Source: the human T2T-CHM13v2.0 reference genome, Homo sapiens
Direction: 5' to 3' (one strand)
DNA length: 64,000 nucleotides
NCBI RefSeq assembly: GCF_009914755.1
Contig: NC_060944.1
A program made the translations under genes and the position numbers. A model generated the notes under the pieces. The model made no database searches and had not been told where the DNA came from. It saw only the letters and a program-made list of their open reading frames with translations. This document shows positions 11,756 through 25,117 of the stretch, piece after piece. Each line of letters opens with the position of its first letter. Position 1 is the stretch's first letter.

Positions 11756-13622
11756 AGTGCTGAAGTAGGGCTAAATATTAGACAATCTGCCATAATTTAA
11801 GTTTTATATGTATGTATATATATTTATATATATATTTAATTCACAGCAGGGAGCAGTACACACATCGTAAGAGAGAAATCTACTTTATGCAGAGTTAATT
11901 GGATGATACCCTAATTTGATGATACCCACATCATTCAGTAATTCAGTTTTGCGCTTTCTTTCTTTTTATGCTTTTCATTTAAAAAGCCTATTTATATGAT
12001 GTTGAGGAGTTTGTTAAAATTAGCTGATATTTTAGGATCCTTTTGACATTTTATATGATTATAGGACATGGGGACATGAGTTCAGAAAAATTGGAAGGCT
12101 CTCACAGTTGAAGAACTGCCATATTTGGGAGTCCTTGGCAAAGTTTTATGTAAACTGTATGTTTTTTACTTAGGGAGTCTTTATAATTGAAAGCACCCAT
12201 CATACTTTGTGCATGGACTTCTATTCACAGAATGAATTTAGCAAAGCTATTGGGCAATATAAAATTTTAGGATAGGAAAACATAGCTCAAATGCTATGGT
12301 CATTGTGGATCTCAGACTGAGTACAAGGCTGCAATATTCACTCCTGAAGCTAGAAACAAACCTCAATCTGAAACCATGCTGGAATTCTGTAATTCTCTTC
12401 CACAAAGCTAAAGTAGAATGTGTTGTGTTCTGTTTTGGTCTCCACAGTTTAAAGAGGACTTCTAAAACAGAGGCAGAGTTCAGAGATGAATTTGAGTTTA
12501 AAAATACGATTCTAAGTAAAGATAGAAAGTGGGTATGGTTGAGTAGAAATAGAAACCTGATCGTGACTCATGGTGTCCACTCAACCAAAGGTAGTTTCCT
12601 GGGAAGTAGAAGATCCTTCCCCTCAAAAAGGTCAGAGAAAAGGCCCCACAAATCCTCATATTTAAAGATATCTTATAAGAGTACACAAAAATGATATAGC
12701 ATAAGAGGGAGAAATTCAGAGTATTTCTCTTGCTATAGATGAACATAAAAATATTTGACATCTGCGGTGCCTATATAGAAACTCAAGTACATGGAGCTCT
12801 AAGTCTATTCATTATAGAGCATTCAGAACCCTGGGCAAACCAAAACCAAAATAGTGGTGTCAACCCACTTCTTTGACATGCCACAACTAGTGGCAGATAC
12901 CTCCTATTCTCCCCCTTACCAGGGACATTCTCCCAAATGTGTCCTCTTGTGCGTGGCTCACCACTGAGGTGCTTTGTCACTCACCTTCTCTATATGATTT
13001 CAGTCTGACTGTGAGTGGGTACTGTGATGAAGCCTTTGTCCACCTCTCCTAAACCTTGTTTTAAACCCACTTTACTGAAGGTGACATTTCCCCAGTTATT
13101 CCTTATTCACATCTCCTTTGTAAAAGCATCTGAAACCTTCACGCAGAAGCCAAAGTGTGTTACAGTTCTGAGTAAAGACCCCATTAAATATGAAGATTCT
13201 AGGGCTAGTGGATCTCTAACCCTAGGTGATCTCTGCAATAAGTGCAGTGAAACCATGGGGTCAGAGCCTCAGGAAATGGTAGAGTTGAAGGCCAAGATCT
13301 GCTGATTGATAACTTCACAGAGAAGAAAACTCAAGAAGAAACCAAGGGACTGAATGAAGAAGAAAGAAAAGAGATGAGATGGAGTACCCCATCTCTCCCT
13401 GAGGATGGAAGGAGGGAGGACAGAGGAAGAGCAGCACAGAGGCTTCCAGGTGGAGAGAAAGGTGTAGCTGTTCAATAATCTGATGAAAGTGATAGGAAGG
13501 AATTTGTGAGACTGTGATATCAATGACCTTGGACTTCTTACCAAAGTATGAAATGCAGTGTGATTTTTCCAGTAGGATGATGCATAGAGCTGAAGATCTT
13601 GAGGAAAGTTGTAAAGGAATGG

Positions 13623-14018
13623 TGCTATGGTTTCAGTATGTCCTCCAAAGTTTATGTGCATTGGAAATTTAATTCCCAGTGCAACAATGGCTTTTCAGAG
13701 GTGATTAGGTCATGCATGCTCTGCCCTTATGAATGAATCAATGTCATTATTGCAGGAGTGGGATAGTTATTGCGGAAGTGGGTTCCTGATTAAAAGGATG
13801 AGTCTGGCTCCTTTACTCTCTTGTTCTTGCTCCCAGTTTCACTCTTTTGCCCTTCCACCTTCCATCATGGGATAATGCATCAAGCAGCCCCTTGCCAGAT
13901 GCAGGCACTTGATCTTGGACTTCCCAGCCTCCAGAACTATAAGAAACAAAACTCTGTTTATTATAAATTACCTAGTCTGTGGTATTTTATTATAGCAACC
14001 ACAACATGGACTAAGACA
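13623..14018 (+). mobile_element. MSTD solo LTR (MaLR)
   Basis: TGCTATGGTTT...GGAGTGGGATAGTTATTGCGGAAGTGGGTTCCTGAT...GGACTTCCCAGCCTCCAGAAC...GGACTAAGACA. Confidence 0.88.
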
Positions 14019-14369
14019 GGTGGGCTAACTATTGAACTGAATTTTTGGTTCACATTTATTCATTCATCTATGCAATAATATTCATGCTCTTCATTATATA
14101 TCCATTATATGTGTTAGGGGCATGTGCAGTGAACAAGGCAAATGTGTTCCCTGTTTTCATTGGTGGGGAATGCTCTTGCAAGTATGGTTTCTAAAAGGGC
14201 AGTGTTTTATCCCCTGGGAGAGTGTTAGAGATGGGAGTATCTAAAGGCGCTTTGGCTCTTCCCTGCATAATACATATGCTCAGAGTTCAGATAGGTCATA
14301 GAGTGAGGCAGTGGTAGAGCTAACAGTTTTCATATAACAAACTTGCCTCTTTTTCCCCAACTAGTAAGA

Positions 14370-14600
14370 AGCATTAGTACACAGAAAAGCGTTGATTCTG
14401 GAGCCAGACTGCCTAGTTCAAATTTCAGCTTCCACCGCTTACCAGCTCTGTGGCTTCGGGCCAGTGATTTAATTCCTCAGTTACCTCTAATGTACACTGG
14501 GAGTAATAATAATACCTACTTCACAGAGCTATTTTGAAGATTAAATAAGTTAGTGTTTATAAAATGTCTTGGCACATAGTAAGCACTCTATAGCTATTGA
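14370..14600 (+). mobile_element. MIR
   Basis: TCTGGAGCCAGACTGCCTAGTTCAAAT...AATAATACCTACTTCACAGAG...TGGCACATAGTAAGCACTC. Confidence 0.85.
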
Positions 14601-14660
14601 CAAATAAAAATAGGCCCTTAGACAAAATCTAGTATGTAAAAGGCAACAGAGAGCATGAAT

Positions 14661-15353
14661 TAGTCGGTCTCAAGGAAGGGGCAATGCTACTCCCTAGAAA
14701 ATATTTCAGAATTTTGTGGGCATTTTGGTTGTTCCATGGATTGGGGAATATGGTGGGAAAGGGCCAGCACATTCCTGCACAAGTTTCAAATATTCTAGCA
14801 GATATTTATGCAGATGCAAAAAAGGCATTTTAAAATGATCTGAACTACATATAATTCCACCTTATATGTAGGTGTGTCAGTGTTTTATTGAGCTGTGAAT
14901 TAGAAGTTTCAGAGTTTTATTCTACACTGGATTTCCAGGACTGTGACTGCCTTCTAAATTGAGGGATGATTTCCTTTGTTTTGTTAAGAACATTACCAAG
15001 AGTTACTCACTATTTCAGAATGTCACTGATACACCAATCCTAGCATTTGAATCCCAATGTAATGCACCTCCATCAATGTGTGACACTCATTGTGGTTCTC
15101 CTTATTTGTACAAGCATCTCAAGACTTCACTGTGTTTTCTAGTGAAGCTGTAACCAATCACTAATATATTGAGATGCATATGCTGTTAGAATAACTTGCT
15201 TTCCTTTTACATCTTCATATTTAAATGAGAGTATTATATTGTCTTTTAAGAAATCATATCAGTGGCTAGACAGATTGCATGATGAATACATTTTATTTTC
15301 TTATACGTATTTGTTAGTGGCAATGTTGGGACTGCTGTGGGTGAGAACTTCTG
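14661..15353 (+). mobile_element. MER20B-like hAT-Charlie DNA transposon
   Basis: MER20-like 5' end; internal TTTGTTTTGTTAAGAACATTACCAAGAGTT and ACAAGCATCTCAAGACTTCA; 3' end GGGTGAGAACTTCTG. Confidence 0.7.
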
Positions 15354-15929
15354 CTACAAGCAAAGGCCCTGGGGCAGGTTTCAGTTAGAGTTATAGAGCC
15401 TGGATAGTTGTTAGAAGGTGGGATGCTCTCTATAAGGGAACTACTGCTCTCCATAAGGAAAGCATTTGTTAAATGGGCAGGAACTGTAACCTGAGGGATT
15501 TAGCATTGTCTTAGCTTGCCAAGCTCTAGTTTGTTGATGTAAGATACTGACAGTTCTCTTTAAATCTTTGTAAACAAGGTAGAAGCTCATGTCTTTCTGA
15601 TAGAGAGTAGTCACTACACCTAAACCAACAGCTCGGATTTATGTCCAAATCTATTTACATACTCACACAATTCTAGAGTTAAGTTCGCTTGCTCACACAA
15701 ATGTGTTATTTGACCCATTTCTCCCACAAATAAAAGTTACATTATTAGAGGGATACATAAGAATTTGAATTGTTATATGTTAAAAACTTATTTCTTCACA
15801 TTGATGCATTTGATATATTATTATTTATAAGTAGTACATGTGGCCCATTTAAACAATGTGAGGGTTTCATAAGTGATTTTTTCTTTGGGTTGCAAACTAT
15901 TGACAGGTGGGGAGTCAAATTTGAATATC

Positions 15930-16240
15930 TTTGTGCTCTTGTTAACTAAAACAATGCCTGGCATACAATAAGAATGCAATACATCTTTGATAAATGAATG
16001 AGCCCTTATTTGTGGGGTGGTGGATTTGGGAATGTAAATGGAGTTAAAGTTATACATTCTAGATTCTACTTCCTGATCTGTCACTTAACTGAGTTTTGAA
16101 GTTTGAGAAATGACTTAAAATCTTGGTATCATCATCCAAAAACTGCGATTGGTATCACATGCCCAGGTTATGTATAACATTTTTAAGATCAAAAGAGAGA
16201 AGACAGATAAAAACATTTGAAATCCACAAAGTGCTAATCA
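15930..16240 (+). mobile_element. L2 3' tail followed by decayed MIR
   Basis: ACAATGCCTGGCATACAATAAG...AAATGAATGA (L2 tail), then MIR-like segments. Confidence 0.5.
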
Positions 16241-16321
16241 AATACAGGTGTACTAAATTCCACAAAAACAACAGAATCAGATTAGGGCTTATTCAGAGAG
16301 AAATGATGCATTCACTAGGGG

Positions 16322-16768
16322 TTTAGTTGGTTGAATAGTGTTCCCTGCAAATTCACATCCACCCAGAACCTCAGAATGTTACCTTATTTAGAAATATATT
16401 TTTTGAAGATAAAATTAGTTAAGATGAGGTTATATTGGATCAGAGTGGACCCAAAATCCTATGTGGCATCCTGATAAGAAGAGGAGATGATACATGGGGA
16501 GTCACAGAGAAGAAGGCCATATAATGGCGGAGGCCGAGATTGGGGTGATACAGCTGCAAGCCAGGGAATGCCAAGGACTGCCAGGAGCCACAGAAGCTAG
16601 GAAGAGGCAAGGAAGGATTCTTCGCTGGAGCCTAGAGAAGGAACATGGCCCTGCTGACAACTTGAGCTTGGACTTCCAGCTTCCAGAACTGTGAGAGAAT
16701 AAATGTCTGTTGTTCAAAGTCACCCAGTTTGTGACAGTTTGTTATGGGGGCCCTAGGAAACTAATACA
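16322..16768 (+). mobile_element. MLT1C-type solo LTR (MaLR)
   Basis: CAGAACCTCAGAATGTTACCTTATTT...CAAGCCAGGGAATGCCAAGGA...GAAGCTAGGAAGAGGCAAGGAAGGATTC...GGAAACTAATACA. Confidence 0.88.
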
Positions 16769-16899
16769 AGTGTTCATTATTTTTTCCTCTTCTGAAGAAA
16801 GGGACAGGATCAGAGGTGAAATAATGCTTCTGGAAATTTGCCTCGTGTCCTGGCATCAGTACAATTGGCCAGACCTTTATGGAAATAGAAGCAGTTAGC

Positions 16900-17110
16900 C
16901 TAAGGTTTAAAAGTACTGGCTTTGGGACACAGATGAGATTATGGTTTCATCACTGGCAACACTCTGGGAAGTTGGAAATCTTCCACTTCCCACCTGTAAA
17001 CTCCAAGTGATGATAGCCATATCCAGTCCATTAGTTGACTTGAAGGTTAAATGAAATATTATATGCAGCTTGAATATATGCATACATATATCTTCTCAAT
17101 GTTAATGATT
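16900..17110 (+). mobile_element. Decayed MIR
   Basis: GGTTTAAAAGTACTGGCTTTGG...CCCACCTGTAAA...TGAAGGTTAAATGAAATA. Confidence 0.5.
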
Positions 17111-17999
17111 ATTACTATAGACTAGATAACTTGAGGCAACCATAGTTCAATTTCAGATAGCTCTAGTTTATAAGACTGTGAGCCAAGAACTTAAAAAAAG
17201 AAAGGTGACGGTTTTCATTTTGATTCAGGACTCGATCACCTCTTTGTCAGAGCATCTGAATTAGCCTTTGTCATCATGATGATGATAACCAAAACTGGTC
17301 AATTAACTTCACTTGGCTGATTTGCATTCTAATTGCAATTTTTTTTATATATCTTTTAAGTAACTGCAACTTTTGGGCACTGTTTAATAAAACCAAGAAA
17401 TTGAAAGTGAGGAGCTTGAAAAAGTCCTTGAACCTTACAATTTCTTTACAGATTCTATATGTTTCACAATAAAGGCAAGGTTTTAAATCTCAGTTATCAT
17501 GAGAAGGCTCCAGGCTGGCTCTTTGCCAGTGTGTTTAATTGAGAGATGAACACGTCAGATTCATCTCTCACACACTATCACTATCACTGTCCTCTCTGAG
17601 CTCAGGCTGGGCTCTTCTGTCCCCCATCAATAAATAATTCTTCCTTAGGTTTAAAATCTCAAATAGCAACCTAAGTGCATTAACAAAATATGTATTATAT
17701 AAGAAACATTCAGAGAAGAGAAGTTCAAGGTCAAAGCTAAAATTTACACAGAGTTTCAATATTTAAATGGGTCTGAAAACTCCATATTCCATAGCCCTGT
17801 ACATTTACCTATACTCCTCAAACATCTCTTTGCATAATTACTTATGCTGAATTGAAGCAAAAACATCAAAATGTCTGGAAATTTAGGTTTCACTTTCCAT
17901 TATTTTTCCAAGAACTTTTAGTAAATGTTTTCAAAACAGCTTTAATACTATATCTCATCATATAGAAATCATGCAATCATAGAGGCTCATTTACATGCT

Positions 18000-18740
18000 T
18001 CTTGGTTCCATAGTGGTTGTATGCTAATTACACCTACATACTTTCTGAACCTGACAAGACAGTGTTTATAATTTGGCTTCAAATGCTAATATATATTTTA
18101 AAGAAATTCAGATGGAAAATCATCTTTAAAAACACCTTATTCACATATTTACCACGATCAGTGCTTGTTATTAATTTCTGAAGTTCTGAGTTTCACTTCT
18201 CTTCAGCCTAGCTTCCTTTAGCATTTGCCATTGTACAGATCTGCTGGAGAAAAGTTCTCTTTATTTTATTCTGTTTAAAAATGTCTCTACTTTTCCTTCA
18301 TTTCTAAATGATATTGTTTTCTAGATATAGAATTCTGGGGTAACGTAGTTGTTTCAATACGTTTATGATATTTGTCAACTTATTGTGCCTGTTGTTATTA
18401 ATCACTCAAATTCATAGTTCATGTCTAAGTAATATTTTGTATTACTCTAGTGGCTTTCAAAATTTTCTCTTTACTTTTGGTTTTCAGCACTTATACTATG
18501 ATGAATCTAAACATGAATTTCTTTGTATTTATTCTACTTGGTTTTTGCTGAGTTTCTTCAGTCTGTAAATTCATGTCTTTCACCAAATTTGGCAAAATTT
18601 TGTTCATTTCTTCAAATATCTTGTCCCACTCTCTGTCTTCTCTTCTTTTGGGACTCCAATTACATGCCGTTAGACTTTTTTATGTTGCCCTATTTTACAT
18701 TATTTTTAATAATTTTGTTCAATATTTGTCTTCAATATTG
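18000..18740 (-). mobile_element. Old L1M fragment (ORF1/5' region)
   Basis: CTTCCTTTAGCATTT...ACAGATCTGCTGG...GATATAGAATTCTGGG...TCTTTTGGGACTCCAATTACATG, typical of the reverse L1M ORF1 region. Confidence 0.7.
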
Positions 18741-19105
18741 TAATCAGATGCAAATAAACTGGCTTTCTCAACCTTGATTACATCAGCCTTCTCTGTGAAA
18801 TAAATTCAATCCTTTATTACACAGTTTTTTTTTACAACAGCTATTCAACAAATGTGTATGTCATCCTTTCTGTAAATGTGTCATGGTAATAGTATTTGAT
18901 TAGCTAAATTATCATTTCACTCATGAGTGATTACCTATGTCCATAGGTCTACTGCCTGTCCTAAATTGAACAGTTTTGTCCACTTAAAACAAGCAAACTT
19001 CCACTGATAGGTAAATGTTCCAACTTTACTGTAGCTTGCAGCAGTGCCTCTGTTAAGTGGAATTCTATTTCTGCCACAGCATCAATAAGCTTTCCTGTGT
19101 ATGTC

Positions 19106-19115
19106 CCATATAAGG
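19106..19115. promoter_or_regulatory. CArG box (SRF motif) CCATATAAGG
   Basis: Exact CC(A/T)6GG in non-repeat DNA with ATGTC/ACC flanks resembling the c-fos SRE; function not shown. Confidence 0.4.
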
Positions 19116-20099
19116 ACCTGGTTGCATTTCTATTATGGAAGCCATAGTTGCCCTGCTAAGGAGTCTTGCCCTTTCAGGGAATTTGTGCTTCAGATAAACT
19201 GCCAAAACCCAGGCCTTCTTTGAACATTTATATTGTCTCACAGCTCTATTTAGAACAGTCTGTAAGATCACTCTGTCCTGAGTAAGACTTGAAGACTCAT
19301 TTTTACCATCACATTGGATAATACCCTGCAAGCCAGCCCTTTGGAGGAATCAAAATTGAACAATCAAGCCTGAGGACTTGATAGAGTCTCAACTTTGACT
19401 TTTTAGTTTTTTTTCTCTCTCTCAATCTTTTTCTTTCTTAGAAAATAGAAAAATGACTGCTTACTACTGATTGTAATGTGTCTCAACTTTTGAAATTCAG
19501 CCTTAAACTTGTTTTACTGTGCACATTTGCTTTTGTTGAATTAAGTCCAGGTCTCTTCATTTCCCAGGGCAAAAAATCTTGGTTAAATTCCATGGGAAAG
19601 GATTGTGTTTTGGGTATGTAAACATCTATCCAAATACTTGTAGAATTCAAAAAGAGCATACATTCTTAAGAGTGACTCAGTTCAAACACATGCGTGCAGA
19701 TTAAACGTCTTCTTTAAGGAAGCATATAGTTAATAGTTTTAAAAATGAATTTCCCCAACCTGATTCAAAGAACTCTCATTCTTCCAGAATAAAATATATC
19801 TTAACTTCAAGTGGGATAATTGGCCTCACCCCTACAGTGCTTGCTTGGCGTCTAGCAATTATGCACTAGAAAGCACAAAAGGGATAGAATTAATAGGTAA
19901 ATTTTAGTGAGATTTGGCATGTGTGAGGTTAAGGGAATTTTTCAAAGTTGCTTATAAAGTTGCATACAGTTTCAAATTGTTTTCATTTTGAGTTATTTTG
20001 GTTAAAAACAGAAACCACATTTTAAACAAGCAGTCTGCTTAATGTAAAATAAACATGTAACTTAATTTGCACATTTGTTGGGTGCTTGTTTTGGAAATC

Positions 20100-20310
20100 A
20101 TTGTGGTAAAATGGAAATAATCACAGAGGCTTCTGAGCCAGGTAGATGTGGATTTGAGTCCTGGCTTACTAATTCTGTGGCATCGGGTAAGTTTCTGAGC
20201 TCTTCTTAGCCACCATTTCTTTTTCTATAAATTAAAAATGATCGTATCTATCTTTAAGGGTGGATTAGAGGGTTAACAGTTCAGCACCCACAGGGTTTTT
20301 AATAAGTACT
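20100..20310 (+). mobile_element. MIR
   Basis: TGTGGTAAAATGGAAA...GATTTGAGTCCTGGCT...GGGTAAGTT...CTATAAATT. Confidence 0.65.
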
Positions 20311-20444
20311 TTGAATTTTGAGAATAGACAAGACCTAAACATTATTTTGCTTTTGACTAATAACGTCTAGATTATTAGTCTAATAACTTCAGGCTGTTCA
20401 TAGTGATCTTGCTGGGTTGAGGCAATTGAGACTACATTTTGAAA

Positions 20445-21290
20445 TCTTTTGTTTTGTGAAGTATACACCACACATAAAATGCATAAACCATAAATGTTAA
20501 TGAATTTAATAGTAATAGACACCTATGTAATCATCACGCAGCATATCAGCTTTAAAAAAAATTTTTAAAGAACTTTTTGATGGTATTATAGCAAAGATAC
20601 AGAAAAGTGAACAAATCATAAAGTTTATAATTCAAAATAATTTTCACAAACTGAACAACCTCATAACCATTGCCTGATCAAGAAATAAGACATTTCTGGC
20701 ACCATCCCCCCGCCCACCACGCCACCCCTAGAATCTCCGTGTGTTCTTTCTATTCACTATCCATCCTCACCAAGGTAGAATATTCTGACTTCCTCTCATT
20801 AGATGAGTTTCGTCTGGTTTTGAACTTCATATACACGGAATCACAGTGTGTACTCATTTATATCATGGCTTCTTCAGCTCATTATGCTTGTGGTATTCAT
20901 TTTTTAACCACTCATTATGGAAAATTTCAAATGTACACAAAATATGAGAAAGTATAGTGAACCCTAATGTGTCCATCACTTCTTTAAAACCATCCTTAAC
21001 TCATAAATACTTTGATCTAAACACCGTCTTAATTCTCTGCTGTCCCCAAGGCAATGGATTATTTTCCCCAAACATCCTATCATTTCATCCATGAATATTT
21101 TAGTAAGTATCTCAGCAAGAAAAGGATTCTTTTTGTCACATCTACGAACTTAACAGTAATTACATGTTTTCAATATCCTATCTTGGATCAGCATTTCTCC
21201 ATTGTGTCATAAGGGTTTTTTTGTTTTGTTTTGTTTCTTCTGTTTTGTTTTTTTCTGCAGTTGGATTTTTTACAATAGGGTCTGAATGAA
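20445..21290 (-). mobile_element. Stack of old L1 (L1MB/MC/ME) 3' end fragments
   Basis: Repeated reverse L1 3' termini: ACAGAAAAGTGAACAAATCATAA, GAACTTCATATACACGGAATCACAG, TTATGGAAAATTTCAAATGTACACAAAA. Confidence 0.7.
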
Positions 21291-22587
21291 GTGTGAAGAT
21301 ACCTTATTTTAAATGCCTAATTGTAAATTGGGGGAGAGTCCCATTTATATAAACTGAGTCTTTGAGTTCTTTATGGCTCATGTGAAGAAACAAACATCTT
21401 GCATATTTTCCAATTAAATATGTTGAGGCTTATAGTATTTTAGAATATTAGAATTCGAGATAATCTTATAGTTTCTTGATATCTTGTGTCTTGGCATACT
21501 TGGAATCCCCTCTGTGTTTTGAAAGTGAACTTTTAGCTTCACCGACTTTTTCACCTTTGGTATTATAGAGTCTACTTTCTGCTATTTTTGCTCTCTTGAT
21601 TTACCTGCCAAGTGGCAGGCACAATGGGCAATTTTAGCTCAGCTTATCTGAAGAAATTCATCACTGAGACCTACAAAAATTCCTTGAAAGGAACAGAGAA
21701 AGCCAAGGTTGTTCTCACTTTCAGTTCTCACTTTTGCCAGTTGGATGGGACAGTGACTTTAAGGATATAACAATACAGCTGACACGATTAGGTGTTTGTT
21801 TAAATGATTTTTCATTTCAAGTTTATCTTTGTTTAAGCTGACCACAGCAAATATTTGATGTTACCAGTTAAATATCTTGCAGTCTTTTCACGTTTAAAAC
21901 TTTTTCAGCCTTAAGTTTCTGCCTTCTTATTTGTAACCTGTACAAGGGTTTTCCTCTCTGTCTCTTCCATCACGGGATGGTGTCTAGGCACATGGTAAGG
22001 GCCATCTTGTTCTTGCAGTTGTCACTGGTTGGTTGAGGGCTCTTATATTGTTTAATGTCAAGCCAGGTCTTCTGTGGTTATTGAAAATTAAGTGTCTTTT
22101 GCAGGTCATTCTCACACCCCTGTTGATGATCTTCACTGTTGCTTCGAGCTATAAGCTTACCTTTCACTGTGAACTCTGGCCCCAACCCCAGACCTACTTC
22201 TGTCCACTAATCCTACAGCTTCCCTTGGTACTTGTGCACTCCCTGCTGCTTTCTCTCCACTAGCTGTAGTGTGTTGGACCCTGTGAGGTCACCTTTTCCT
22301 GGTCACCTCCCTCACGTTTGCCATTTGACTGTGCCCAGGTCATACTGAGCACACTGCCAGGAGGAAGGTTGAGCTTGGAGGACATGAATGAGGAGAAGCT
22401 GGGGGCCTATAGCAATGATTTTAGAATCATTGATTCAAAGTTGGATGCTTTCCTCATATCTTCTGCATTTCCCTGAAGAAGTTTCCAGGACCTCTCTATC
22501 TCCTTTATATTATAACCTCCTACTTCCTTCTCCATGGCTTGTTTCAGTCTTCCAGAATTGACGCAATGACTTCCTTTAAATTAACAG

Positions 22588-23183
<596 letters not shown>

Positions 23184-23944
23184 TCTAGGTCATGAATGAG
23201 GAAGCTTCTAGATAATTTTAAGAGAAAAGCAAAAACAATAAATAAACTCTTAGGATGGTGCGGCTTTGCCTGTCTACATTAGCATTTCATTAACTCCAGG
23301 TGCTTGTTTCCCACTGCCACTTGGTATGTAAAATTTGTCTTCCACTCAACCAGGCAGATTTTTGATCACAGAAATTAAGCCTCTGGTTTCCTCTCAATCC
23401 ACCCAAACACATAGCATACTGCTGACCTCACAGCAGGTACTCCAGCCAACCAATCCCTGAATTAAAAACTGATTACAGGCAGCTGCTCGATGCCTTGCCA
23501 CTTCCACTCTCAGTGAGTCCATTTTATTTGTCTGACAGCAAAGCTCCAATTCTGTCTTCACCCCTACCAACCCACACTTTTACAAATTGCTTTTTAGCTT
23601 AATGTTGAAACAGCCACGCTTTAAAAATATCATTTCATTATGTACAGGTTGGCAATCAAGAAAGAAAAATTCCCATAGGACTCAAATGAAACAAATCTAA
23701 AAATTTAGGACTGAAGCTCGGGAATGGTCAATCTGATTTTAATGCTCTCAAGAGTCCACATAAAATATATGGGCTTAGCAAACTTTCTGGGAAAACCCAC
23801 TCAAAGAGATGACTTATTGATGCATGGATGAAGCAAGAGTGACTCCCAGATTTTATCCAAAAATATATCTAATGATATATGAAAATGATCATTCTAGTTA
23901 AATATATTCTAATGATTTGAACATATCTAAATAAGTTGGTTCTA

Positions 23945-24167
<223 letters not shown>

Positions 24168-24249
24168 TGAATAACAATCGGCCCATACAATTTTTACCCC
24201 AGCAAGAGGATGTTTGGTTAAATGGCCAGCACTGATTATTCATACAAGT

Positions 24250-24450
24250 ACCCACCTCCCCACTATCTCATACACCCACTCAGTCACCAACCTTTATAGA
24301 GCACATCTTTTTAATTCCCCTCAAAGCTGCACTTTCCTCTCTGTTCCTTGCCATCCACCTATTCGTCTGGATTGCTGGAATGGCCTCCTGACAAGTCTCC
24401 TTGCCTTCTCTGTGCATCCCCACCCCCGCATTTGTCCTCCAGGTCAGTGT
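24250..24450 (+). mobile_element. L2 fragment (5' piece of a fragmented L2)
   Basis: CAGTCACCAA...TCGTCTGGATTGCTGGAATGGCCTCCTGACAAGTCTCC. Confidence 0.65.
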
Positions 24451-24462
24451 TTCAAACTCTGG

Positions 24463-24704
24463 TTTCTGTTTTGTTTCGTTTCTGAGACTGGGTCCTTCAC
24501 CCAGGCTGGCGTGCAGTGGCATGATCATGATCACAGCTCACTGCAGCCTTGACCTCCCTGGCTTAAGTGATTCTCTCACCTCAGCCTCCCACAGAATACT
24601 GGAATTACAGATGTGCACCACCACGCCCCACTAATTTTTTTTTGTATTTATTTATTTATTTATTTATTTGTAGAGACAAGGTTCATGTTGCTCAGGCTGA
24701 ACTC
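24463..24704 (-). mobile_element. Partial AluJ
   Basis: CCCAGGCTGGCGTGCAGTGGCATG...CACAGCTCACTGCAGCCTTGACCTCC; (TTTA)n in the linker; left arm truncated. Confidence 0.85.
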
Positions 24705-24711
24705 TCCACTT

Positions 24712-25117
24712 GTTTTTCAGTTTTTAATTTTTTAATTGGCATATAATAATTGTACATATTTATGAGGTACATAGTGAGTTTTGATACATGTCTAGTGATC
24801 AAATCAGGGTAATTAGCATATCTATCACCTCAGAAGCTCACCATTTGTTTTGTTGGGAACATTCAAAATCCTGTCTTATATATATTGGAAAATATATACA
24901 ATTTTTGACTGCAGTCATCCTACATTGCTATCGAACACTAGAACTCATTCCTTTCATCTAGCTGTAATTTTGTGTCCTTTAACAAATCCCCCCATGCACC
25001 CTCCCCGCTACTCTTCTCACCCTCTAGTAGCTACTGTTCTATTCTACTTCTAAGAGATCAATGTTTGTAGCTTCCGTATATGAATGAGCACAAGCAGTAT
25101 TTATCTTTCTATTCCTG
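24712..25117 (-). mobile_element. L1MA 3' end
   Basis: ATAATAATTGTACATATTTATG...GATCAAATCAGGGTAATTAGCATATC...GCAGTATTTATCTTTCT. Confidence 0.85.

Noticed and set aside
12296-12694. 132-aa ORF in non-repeat DNA
   Set aside because: No recognisable homology or domain; ORFs of this length arise by chance in 64 kb. Only an internal exon-like part is kept as a weak lead
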